Part shown: positions 45,559 through 56,478 of the stretch, piece after piece
Layout of the letters: each line of letters begins with the position of its first letter
Numbering within the stretch: position 1 is the first letter of the stretch
Assembly (NCBI GenBank): GCA_964016885.1
Contig: OZ024740.1
Span: 28,520,001-28,584,000 of the forward strand
Direction of reading: 5' to 3'
Origin: Eledone cirrhosa
Lineage: Eukaryota
DNA length: 64,000 bases
The notes under the pieces: model-generated
The model's input: only the letters and a program-made list of their open reading frames with translations
Told to the model about the DNA's origin: nothing
Databases searched by the model: none
Made by a program: the position numbers and the translations under genes

Positions 45559-48500
45559 CAGTAGACGCATATATAAGACAGCTGTTGACACAGTAGACAC
45601 ATATATAAGACAGCTGTTGACACAGTAGACACATATATAAGACAGCTGTTAACACAGAAGACACATATATAACACAGCTGTTGACACAGTAGACACATAT
45701 ATAAGATAGCTGTTAACACAGTAGAGACATATATAAGACAGCTGTTAACACAGTAGACACATATATAACACAGCTGTTAGCACAGTAGACACATATATAA
45801 CACAGCTGTTAGCACAGTAGACACATATATAAGACAGCTGTTGACACTGTAGACACATATATAACACAGCTGTTAGCACAGTAGACACATATATAAGACA
45901 GCTGTTAGCACAGTAGACACATATATAACACAGCTGTTAACACAGTAGACACATATATAAGACAGCTGTTAACACAGTAGACACATATATAAGACAGCTG
46001 TTAGCACAGTAGACACATATATAAGACAGCTGTTAGCACAGTAGACACATATATAAGACAGCTGTTAACACAGTAGACACATATATAACACAGTTGTTGA
46101 CACAGTACACACATATGTAAAACAGCTGTTGACACAGTAGACACATATATAACACAGCTGTTGACACAGTAGACACATATATAACACAGCTGTTAACATA
46201 GTAGACATATATATAAGACAGCTGTTAACACAGAAGACACATATATAACACAGCTGTTAGCACAGTAGACACATATATAAGACAGCTGTTAGCACAGTAG
46301 ACACATATATAACACAGCTGTTAACACAGTAGACACATATATAAGACAGCTGTTGACACAGTAGACACATATATAACACAGCTGTTAACACAGTAGACAC
46401 ATATATAAGACAGCTGTTAGCACAGTAGAGACATATATAAGACAGCTGTTAACACAGAAGACACATATATAAGACAGCTGTTAACACAGTAGAGACATAT
46501 ATAAGACAGCTGTTAACACAGTAGACACATATATAACACAGCTGTTAGCACAGTAGACACATATATAACACAGCTGTTAGCACAGTAGACACATATATAA
46601 GACAGCTGTTGACACTGTAGACACATATATAACACAGCTGTTAGCACAGTAGACACATATATAAGACAGCTGTTAGCACAGTAGACACATATATAACACA
46701 GCCGTTAACACAGTAGACACATATATAAGACAGCTGTTAACACAGTAGACACATATATAAGACAGCTGTTAGCACAGTAGACACATATATAAAACAGCTG
46801 TTAACACAGTAGACACATATATAAGACAGCTGTTAGCACAGTAGAGACATATATAAGACAGCTGTTAACACAGAAGACACATATATAAGACAGCTGTTAA
46901 CACAGTAGAGACATATATAAGACAGCTGTTAACACAGTAGACACATATATAACACAGCTGTTAGCACAGTAGACACATATATAACACAGCTGTTAGCACA
47001 GTAGACACATATATAAGACAGCTGTTGACACTGTAGACACATATATAACACAGCTGTTAACACAGTAGACACATATATAAGATAGCTGTTAACACAGTAG
47101 ACACATATATAAGACAGCTGTTAGCACAGTAGGGACATATATAAGACAGCTGTTAACACAGAAGACACATATATAAGACAGCTGTTAGCACAGTAGGGAC
47201 ATATATAAGACAGCTGTTAACACAGAAGACACATATATAACACAGCTGTTAACACAGTAGACACATATATAAGACAGCTGTTAGCACAGTAGACACATAT
47301 ATAAGATAGCTGTTAACACAGTAGACACATATATAAGACAGCTGTTAGCACAGTAGGGACATATATAAGACAGCTGTTAACACAGAAGACACATTTATAA
47401 GACAGCTGTTGACACAGTAGACACATATATAACACAGCTGTTAACACAGTAGACACATATATAACACAGCTGTTGACACAGTACGCACATATATAACACA
47501 GCTGTTGACACAGTACACACATATATAACACAGCTGTTAACACAGTAGGCACATATATAAGACAGCTGTTGACACAGTAGACACATATATAACACAGCTG
47601 TTAACACAGTAGACACATATATAAGACAGCTGTTAACACATTAGACACACATATAACACAGCTGTTGACACTGTAGACACATATATAAGACAGCTGTTAA
47701 CACAGTAGACACATATATAAGACAGTTGTTAGCACAGTATACACATATATAAGACAGCTGTTAACACAGAAGACACATATAACCCAGCTGTTAACACAGT
47801 AGACACATATATAAGACAGCTGTTAACACAGTAGACACATATATAAGAGAGCGGTTAACACAGTAGACACATATTTAAGACAGTTGTTAACACAGTAGAC
47901 ACATATATAACACAGCTGTTGACACAGTAGACACATATATAAGACAGCTGTTAACACAGTAGACACATGTATAACACAGCTGTTGACACAGTACACACAT
48001 ATATAACACAGCTGTTAACACAGTAGACACATATATAAGACAGCTGTTGACACAGTAGACACATATATAACACAGCTGTTAACACAGTAGACACATATAT
48101 AAGACATCTGTTAACACAGTAGACACATATATAACACAGCTGTTGACACAGTAGACACATATATAACACAGCTGTTAACACAGTAGACACATATATAAGA
48201 CAGCTGTTAACACAGTAGACACATATATAAGACAGCTGTTAGCACAGTAGACACATATATAAGACAACTGTTAGCACAGTAGACACATATATAAGACAGC
48301 TGTTAACACAGTAGACACATATATAACACAGCTGTTGACACAGTACACACATATGTAAGACAGCTGTTAACACAGTAGACACATATATACGACAGCTGTT
48401 AACACAGAAGACACATATATAAGACAGCTGTTAACACAGTAGACACATATATAAGACAGCTGTTGACACAGTAGACACATATATAAGACAGCTGTTGACA

Positions 48501-49483
48501 CAGTAGACACATATATAAGACAGCTGTTAACACAGTAGACACATATATAAGACAGCTGTTGACACTGTAGACACATATATAACACAGCTGTTAGCACAGT
48601 AGACACATATATAAGACAGCTGTTGACACAGTACACACATATGTAAGACAGCTGTTAAAACAGTAGACACATATATAAGACAGCTGTTGACACAGTAGAC
48701 ACATATATAAGACAGCTGTTGACACAGTAGACACATATATAAGACAGCTGTTAACACAGTAGACACATATATAACACAGCTGTTGACACAGTACACACAT
48801 ATGTAAGACAGCTGTTAAAACAGTAGACACATATATAAGACAGCTGTTAACACAGTAGACACATATATAAGACAGCTGTTGACACAGTAGACACATATAT
48901 AAGACAGCTGTTGACACAGTAGACACATATATAAGACAGCTGTTAACACAGTAGACGCATATATAAGACAGCTGTTAACACAGTAGACACATATATAAGA
49001 CAGCTGTTAACACAGTGGACACATATATAACACAGCAGTTAACACAGTAGACGCATATATAAGACAGCTGTTAACACAGTAGACATATATATAAGACAGC
49101 TGTTGACACAGTAGACACATATATAAGACAGCTGTTAACACAGTAGACACATATATAAGACAGCTGTTAACACAGTAGACACATATATAACACAGCTGTT
49201 GACACAGTAGACACATGTATAAGACAGCTGTTAACACAGTAGACACATATATAAGACAGCTGTTAACACAGTAGACACATATATAACACAGCAGTTAACA
49301 CAGTAGACGCATATATAAGACAGCTGTTAACACAGAAGACACATATATAACACAGCTGTTGACACAGTAGACACATATATAAGACAGCTGTTAACACAGT
49401 AGACACATATATAAGACAGCTGTTAACACAGTAGACACATATATAAGACAGCTGTTAACACAGTAGACACATATATAACACAG
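45555..49483 (-). repeat. 32-bp satellite, block B, inverted orientation (3929 bp)
   Basis: Reads as the reverse complement (AACACAGTAGACACATATATAAGACAGCTGTT). Left switch at TGTT|AACA (45554/45555); right switch at ACAG|CTGT (49483/49484). Confidence 0.98.
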
Positions 49484-49578
49484 CTGTCTTAAATATGTGT
49501 CTACTGTGTTAACAGCTGTCTTATATATGTGTCTACTGTGTCAACAGCTGTCTTATATATGTGTCTACTGTGTTAACA
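49480..49578 (+). repeat. Right copy of the 99-bp direct duplication flanking the inverted block
   Basis: Identical to 45460-45558 (offset 4020). The paralogous uninterrupted region near 54058 carries this stretch once. Confidence 0.8.
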
Positions 49579-52500
49579 GCTGTCTTATATATGTGTCTAC
49601 TGTGTTAACAGCTGTGTTATATATGTGTCTACTGTGTCAACAGCTGTCTTATATATGTGTCTACTGTGTTAACAGCTGTCTTATATATGTGTCTACTGTG
49701 TTAACAGCTGTCTTACATATGTGTGTACTGTGTCAACAGCTATGTTATATATGTGTCTACTGTGTTAACAGCTGTCTTATATATGTGTCTACTGTGTTAA
49801 CAGCTGTCTTATATATGTGTCTTCTGTGTTAACAGCTGTCTTATATATGTGTCTACTGTGTTAACAGCTGTGTTATATATGTGTCTACTGTGTCAACAGC
49901 TGTGTTATATATGTGTCTACTGTGTTAACAGCTGTCTTACATATGTGTGTACTGTGTCAACAGCTGTGTTATATATGTGTCTACTGTGCTAACAGCTGTC
50001 TTATATATGTGTCTACTGTGTTAACAGATGTCTTATATATGTGTCTACTGTGTTAACAGCTGTCTTATATATGCGTCTACTGTGTTAACAGCTGTCTTAT
50101 ATATGTGTCTACTGTGTTAACAGCTGTCTTATATATGCGTCTACTGTGTTAACAGCTGTCTTATATATGTGTCTACTGTGTTAACAGCTGTCTTATATAT
50201 GTGTCTTCTGTGTTAACAGCTGTGTTATATATGTGTCTACTGTGTTAACAGCTGTGTTATATATGTGTCTACTGTGTCAACAGCTGTGTTATATATGTGT
50301 CTACTGTGTTAACAGCTGTCTTACATATGTGTGTACTGTGTCAACAGCTGTGTTATATATGTGTCTACTGTGCTAACAGATGTCTTATATATGTGTCTAC
50401 TGTGTTAACAGATGTCTTATATATGTGTCTACTGTGTTAACAGCTGTGTTATATATGTGTCTACTGTGTCAACAGCTGTCTTATATATGTGTCTACTGTG
50501 TTAACAGCTGTGTTATATATGTGTGTACTGTGTCAACAGCTGTGTTATATATGTGTCTACTGTGTTAACAGCTGTCTTATATATGTGGCTACTGTGTCAA
50601 CAGCTGTGTTATATATGTGTCTACTGTGTTAACAGCTGTCTTAAATATGTGTCTACTGTGTTAACAGCTGTCTTATATATGTGACTACTGTGTTAACAGC
50701 TGGGTTATATATGTGTCTACTGTGTTAACAGCTGTCTTATATATGTGTCTACTGTGTTAACAGCTGTGTTATATATGTGTCTACTGTGTCAACAGCTGTC
50801 TTATATATGTGTCTAATGTGCTAACAGCTGTGTTATATATGTGTCTACAGTCTCAACAGCTGTCTTATATATGTCTCTACTATGTTAACAGCTGTCTTAT
50901 ATATGTCTCTACTGTGCTAACAGCTGTCTTATATATGTGTCTACCGTGTTAACAGCTGTCTTATATATGTGTCTACTGTGTCAACAGCTGTCTTATATAT
51001 GTGTCTACTGTGCTAACAGCTGTCTTATATATGTGTCTACTGTGCTAACAGCTGTCTTATGTATGTGTCTACAGTGTCAACAGCTGTCTTATATATGTGT
51101 CTACTGTGTTAACAGCTGTCTTATATATGTCTCTACTGTGCTAACAGCTGTCTTATATATGTGTCTACTGTGTTAACAGCTGTCTTATATATGTGTCTAC
51201 TGTGTCAACAGCTGTCTTATATATGTGTCTACTGTGCTAACAGCTGTGTTATATATGTGTCTACTGTGTCAACAGCTGTGTTATATATGTGTCTACTGTG
51301 TTAACAGCTGTCTTATATATGTGTCTACTGTGCTAACAGCTGTGTTATATATGTGTCTACTGTGCTAACAGCTGTCTTATATATGTGTCTACAGTGTTAA
51401 CAGCTGTCTTATATATGTGTCTACTGTGTCAACAGCTGTCTTATATATGTGTCTACTGTGCTAACAGCTGTCTTATATATGTGTCTACTGTGTTAACAGC
51501 TGTCTTATATATGCATCTACTGTGTTAACAGCTGTCTTATATATGTGTCTACTGTGTTAACAGCTGTCTTATATATGTGTCTACAGTGTTAACAGCTGTC
51601 TTATATATGTGTCTACTGTGTCAACAGCTGTCTTATATATGTGTCTACTGTGCTAACAGCTGTGTTATATATGTGTCTACAGTGTCAACAGCTGTCTTAT
51701 ATATGTCTCTACTGTGTTAACAGCTGTCTTATATATGTCTCTACTGTGCTAACAGCTGTCTTATATATGTGTCTACAGTGTTAACAGCTGTCTTATATAT
51801 GTGTCTACTGTGTCAACAGCTGTCTTATATATGTGTCTACTGTGCTAACAGCTGTCTTATATATGTGTCTACTGTGCTAATAGCTGTCTTATATGTGTGT
51901 CTACAGTGTCAACAGCTATCTTATATATGTGTCTACTGTGTTAACAGCTGTCTTATATATGTCTCTACTCTGCTAACAGCTGTCTTATATATGTGTCTAC
52001 TGTGTTAACAGCTGTCTTATATATGTGTCTACTGTGTCAACAGCTGTCTTATATATGTGTCTACTGTGCTAACAGCTGTGTTATATATGTGTCTACTGTG
52101 TCAACAGCTGTGTTATATATGTGTCTACTGTGTTAACAGCTGTCTTATATATGTGTCTACTGTGCGAACAGCTGTGTTATATATGTGTCTAGTGTGTTAA
52201 CAGCTGTCTTATATATGTGTCTACTGTGCTAACAGCGATCTTATATATGTGTCTACTGTGTTAACAGCTGTCTTATATATGTGTCTACTGTGTTAACAGC
52301 TGTCTTATATATGTGTCTACTGTGTCAACAGCTGTGTTATATATGTGTCTTCTGTGTTAACAGCTGTCTTATATATGCGTCTACTGTGTTAACTGCTGTG
52401 TTATATATGTGTCTACAGTGTCAACAGCTGTCTTATATATGTCTCTACTGTGTTAACAGCTGTCTTATATATGTGTCTACAGTGTTAACAGCTGTCTTAT

Positions 52501-54978
52501 ATATGTGTCTACTGTGTCAACAGCTGTCTTATATATGTGTCTACTGTGCTAACAGCTGTCTTATATATGTGTCTACTGTGCTAACAGCTGTCTTATATAT
52601 GTGTCTACAGTGTCAACAGCTGTCTTATATATGTGTCTACTGTGTTAACAGCTGTCTTATATATGTCTCTACTGTGCTAACAGCTGTCTTATATATGTGT
52701 CTACTGTGTTAACAGCTGTCTTATATATGTGTCTACTGTGTCAACAGCTGTCTTATATATGTGTCTACTGTGCTAACAGCTGTGTTATATATGTCTCTAC
52801 TGTGCTAACAGCTGTCTTATATATGTGTCTACTGTGTTAACAGCTGTCTTATATATGTGTCTACTGTGTCAACAGCTGTCTTATATATGTGTCTACTGTG
52901 CTAACAGCTGTGTTATATATGTGTCTACTGTGTTAACAGCTGTGTTATATATGTGTCTACTGTGTCAACAGCTGTCTTATATATGTGTCTACTGTGTTAA
53001 CAGATGTGTTATATATGTGTGTACTGTCTCAACAGCTGTGTTATATATGTGTCTACTGTGTTAACAGCTGTGTTATATATGTGTCTACTGTGTTAACAGC
53101 TGTCTTATACATGTGTCTACTGTGTCAACAGCTGTGTTATATATGTGTCTACTGTGTTAACAGCTGTCTTATATATGTGTCTACTGTGTCAACAGCTGTC
53201 TTATATATGTGTCTACTGTGTTAACAGCTGTCTTATATATGTGTCTACTGTGCTAACAGCTGTCTTATATATGTGTCTACTGTGTTAACAGCTGTCTTAT
53301 ATATGTGTCTACTGTGTTAACAGCTGTCTTATATATGTGTCTACTGTGTCAACAGCTGTGTTATATATGTGTCTTCTGTGTTAACAGCTGTCTTATATAT
53401 GCGTCTACTGTGTTAACTGCTGTGTTATATATGTGTCTACTGTGTTAACAGCTGTCTTATATATGTGTCTACTGTGTTAACAGCTGTCTTATACATGTGT
53501 CTACTGTGTCAACAGCTGTGTTATATATGTGTCTACTGTGTTAACAGCTGTCTTATATATGTGTCTACTGTGTCAACAGCTGTCTTATATATGTGTCTAC
53601 TGTGTTAACAGCTGTCTTATATATGTGTCTACTGTGCTAACAGCTGTCTTATATATGTGTCTACTGTGTTAACAGCTGTCTTATATATGCGTCTACTGTG
53701 TTAACAGCTGTCTTATATATGTGTCTACTGTGTTAACAACTGTCTTATATATGCGTCTACTGTGTTAACAGCTGTCTTATATATGCGTCTACTGTGTCAA
53801 CAGCTGTCTTATATATGCGTCTACTGTGTTAACAGCTGTCTTATATATGTGTCTACTGTGTTAACAGCTGTCTTATATATGCGTCTACTGTGTCAACAGC
53901 TGTCTTATATATGTGTCTACTGTGTTAACAGCTGTCTTATATATGCGTCTACTGTGTTAACTGCTGTGTTATATATGTGTCTACTGTGTTAACAGCTGTC
54001 TTATATATGTGTCTACTGTGTTAACAGCTGTCTTATATATGTGTCTACTGTGTTAACAGCTGTCTTAAATATGTGTCTACTGTGTTAACAGCTGTCTTAT
54101 ATATGTGTCTACTGTGTCAACAGCTGTCTTATATATGTGTCTACTGTGTTAACAGCTGTCTTATATATGTGTCTACTGTGTTAACAGCTGTGTTATATAT
54201 GTGTCTACTGTGTCAACAGCTGTCTTATATATGTGTCTACTGTGTTAACAGCTGTCTTATATATGTGTCTACTGTGTTAACAGCTGTCTTACATATGTGT
54301 GTACTGTGTCAACAGCTATGTTATATATGTGTCTACTGTGTTAACAGCTGTCTTATATATGTGTCTACTGTGCTAACAGCTGTCTTATATATGTGTCTAC
54401 TGTGTTAACAGATGTCTTATATATGTGTCTACTGTGTTAACAGCTGTCTTATATATGCGTCTACTGTGTTAACAGCTGTCTTATATATGTGTCTACTGTG
54501 TTAACAGCTGTCTTATATATGCGTCTACTGTGTTAACAGCTGTCTTATATATGTGTCTACTGTGTTAACAGCTGTCTTATATATGTGTCTTCTGTGTTAA
54601 CAGCTGTCTTATATATGTGTCTACTGTGTTAACAGCTGTGTTATATATGTGTCTACTGTGTCAACAGCTGTGTTATATATGTGTCTACTGTGTTAACAGC
54701 TGTCTTACATATGTGTGTACTGTGTCAACAGCTGTGTTATATATGTGTCTACTGTGCTAACAGCTGTCTTATATATGTGTCTACTGTGTTAACAGATGTC
54801 TTATATATGTGTCTACTGTGTTAACAGCTGTGTTATATATGTGTCTACTGTGTCAACAGCTGTCTTATATATGTGTCTACTGTGTTAACAGCTGTGTTAT
54901 ATATGTGTGTACTGTGTCAACAGCAGTGTTATATATGTGTCTACTGTGTTAACAGCTGTCTTATATATGTGTCTACTG
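49484..54978 (+). repeat. 32-bp satellite, block C
   Basis: Plus-orientation monomers. Paralogous segments at 49497/54073 are offset by 4576 = 143x32. Confidence 0.98.
54960..54978 (+). repeat. Target-site duplication, 5' copy (CTTATATATGTGTCTACTG, 19 bp)
   Basis: Identical to 56460-56478. Single copy at the empty paralogous sites 50576-50594 and 60427-60445, each with one substitution. Confidence 0.9.
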
Positions 54979-54979
54979 C

Positions 54980-56197
54980 GTCATCGGACGCTGGACGGAG
55001 GGCCCGGTGAAGTTACTCGGGGTCTGGTTCGGACCGGACCTCCAGGTGGAGAAAAACTGGGCGGAGGTTACGAACAGGGTGTTTGCACTGACCCAGAAGT
55101 GGGCCAGTTGCAAACTATCCCTGAAAGGTCGGGCGGAGGTGGCGAACACCTACATAGCGTCCGTCATCTACTACCGCCTGACCGTAGTGCCCTGCCCAAG
55201 GGAAACCCTCACCAAGATGGAGCGCGCGCTCTTCCAATTCCTTTGGAAGAGGCGGGCTCCTATGGTGAGGAGATCCATCTGCTGTCAACACCCTTCGAAA
55301 GGAGGGCTGGGGATGCCGTGGCTAATGATGCGTAAACACGCATTAAGGCTACGGCACCTCTACGTATTCCTTACCGGACAACCGGTGTGGGCCTCGTTTG
55401 TGAGACGAACCTTTCCCAGACTCGTCTCACTCACCGAGCTGCAATCCTGGGTCAAGCAAAGACCGAGAAAACTGGGCGCTTGGCACACTAAGTGTGCCCA
55501 GGCGCTCACCGCCCTCTGGCAGGCGGATCCGGTTATCAGTGGAGACTCCACCGCAACATTCTATAGAGGGCTGGTACGCAGCAGGTGCGACGACGCCCTC
55601 GGAGAAGCCCTAGACATGGAGGAGGACGAACTGGCCAGCCTGTTCGGTAGGACATTCAGCCCGGGACCTATGGACAACTTCCAGAAGTCCCTGGCCTGGC
55701 AGTGCTACCGAGGGGCTTTACCCGTTCGAGAAAGGCTCTACAGACACGGGCGCCCGGGTAGGGACCCCGCCAAAAAGATCTGTCCCAGATGCGTGTGCGA
55801 CGAGGAAACCGTTGCACACGCATTGGTACACTGCTCGGGCGTAGCCGATCTGTGGGGCTATGTCGAACAACTGCTGTCAAGGGTGGGACCGATCCGGTTG
55901 ACCACCGAGTCTATTGTAATGATCAAGCCGCCTCCCCCCTTCAAAGATGAAGCAGAGGCGGTGTTTCTGTGCGTAATAGCCATGGCGAAAGAGGTTGTAT
56001 GGTGGACGCGTCTGAAAGGACTGAGGTCAGACACCTTTCTCTCTGGCCAACAACTGGTCCGTTTCTTCCGATATCATTTCGGAAGAAGGATCAGGATGGA
56101 GAGAGAGGTGCTGCACCCCAGCCGTTTCTATGAAAGATGGGTGAAAGTGGCGAGAATGGCCCGTGTGAATGGGCCTTCACTCTACATCAGACTATAG
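54980..56197 (+). CDS. Partial ORF2 (405 codons, 5'-truncated): end of RT, thumb region and C-terminal CCHC zinc-binding region. Lacks the endonuclease and RT catalytic core, so this copy is non-autonomous.
   Basis: Frame is open from the insertion junction (VIGRWTEGPVKLLGVWF...); the GTG at 55007 is not a true start. L1/Tx1-type motifs KLLGV, W..KLSLKGR, FQFLW and HPSKGGLGMP (GGLG at 55301). CPRC-x8-H-x4-C at 55781-55834. Stop TAG at 56195-56197. Confidence 0.9.
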   Translation, partial: VIGRWTEGPVKLLGVWFGPDLQVEKNWAEVTNRVFALTQKWASCKLSLKGRAEVANTYIASVIYYRLTVVPCPRETLTKMERALFQFLWKRRAPMVRRSICCQHPSKGGLGMPWLMMRKHALRLRHLYVFLTGQPVWASFVRRTFPRLVSLTELQSWVKQRPRKLGAWHTKCAQALTALWQADPVISGDSTATFYRGLVRSRCDDALGEALDMEEDELASLFGRTFSPGPMDNFQKSLAWQCYRGALPVRERLYRHGRPGRDPAKKICPRCVCDEETVAHALVHCSGVADLWGYVEQLLSRVGPIRLTTESIVMIKPPPPFKDEAEAVFLCVIAMAKEVVWWTRLKGLRSDTFLSGQQLVRFFRYHFGRRIRMEREVLHPSRFYERWVKVARMARVNGPSLYIRL

Positions 56198-56459
56198 GTG
56201 AGGAAGATGAAAGACCAAGGGAGCACCCCTTCTCTGTGCTCCTGAGGAGAAGGGTTGCACACTTTTTTCGGGGGTGTGTGCGACCCCCCAAGGCGCCTCC
56301 TCTCTATTGAGGATTTTGTTAAAAATTTTATTTTTTGTTATATCTTATTTTATTTTTATATTTTGTTATTGCCTCCTCCTTATTGAGGACGCCTTTTTGT
56401 GTAAACTCCCCCCTTTGTACTTGTCCCACTTTTGATGCCCTAGTGGCAAATAAAAGAAA
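56198..56459 (+). other. 3' UTR of the retrotransposon with several hairpins, a T-rich tract and a poly(A) signal
   Basis: GGAGCAC/GTGCTCC (56220-56242); GGGGGT/ACCCCC (from 56270); two TCCTC-N6-GAGGA hairpins; CCACT/AGTGG (56426-56446); AATAAA at 56449-56454. Confidence 0.75.
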
Positions 56460-56478
56460 CTTATATATGTGTCTACTG
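56460..56478 (+). repeat. Target-site duplication, 3' copy
   Basis: CTTATATATGTGTCTACTG immediately after the tail ...AATAAAAGAAA. Confidence 0.9.

Larger units (their letters stand above)
54979..56459 (+). mobile_element. 5'-truncated non-LTR retrotransposon (LINE, L1 group, probably Tx1-like), 1481 bp
   Basis: GC/CpG-rich island inside AT-rich satellite. Contains an ORF2 C-terminal fragment, a 262-bp 3' UTR, AATAAA and a short tail (AAAGAAA), flanked by a 19-bp TSD. Clade inferred from motifs only. Confidence 0.92.

Noticed and set aside
54960-54978. TSD length (19 bp) equals the 19-mer monomer length, suggesting the LINE created that satellite
   Set aside because: The sequences align only with gaps and this TSD length is within the normal L1-group range. 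Coincidence cannot be excluded.
55007-55009. GTG start giving a standalone 396-aa gene
   Set aside because: The frame is open upstream to the insertion junction and begins mid-RT, so this is a 5' truncation.
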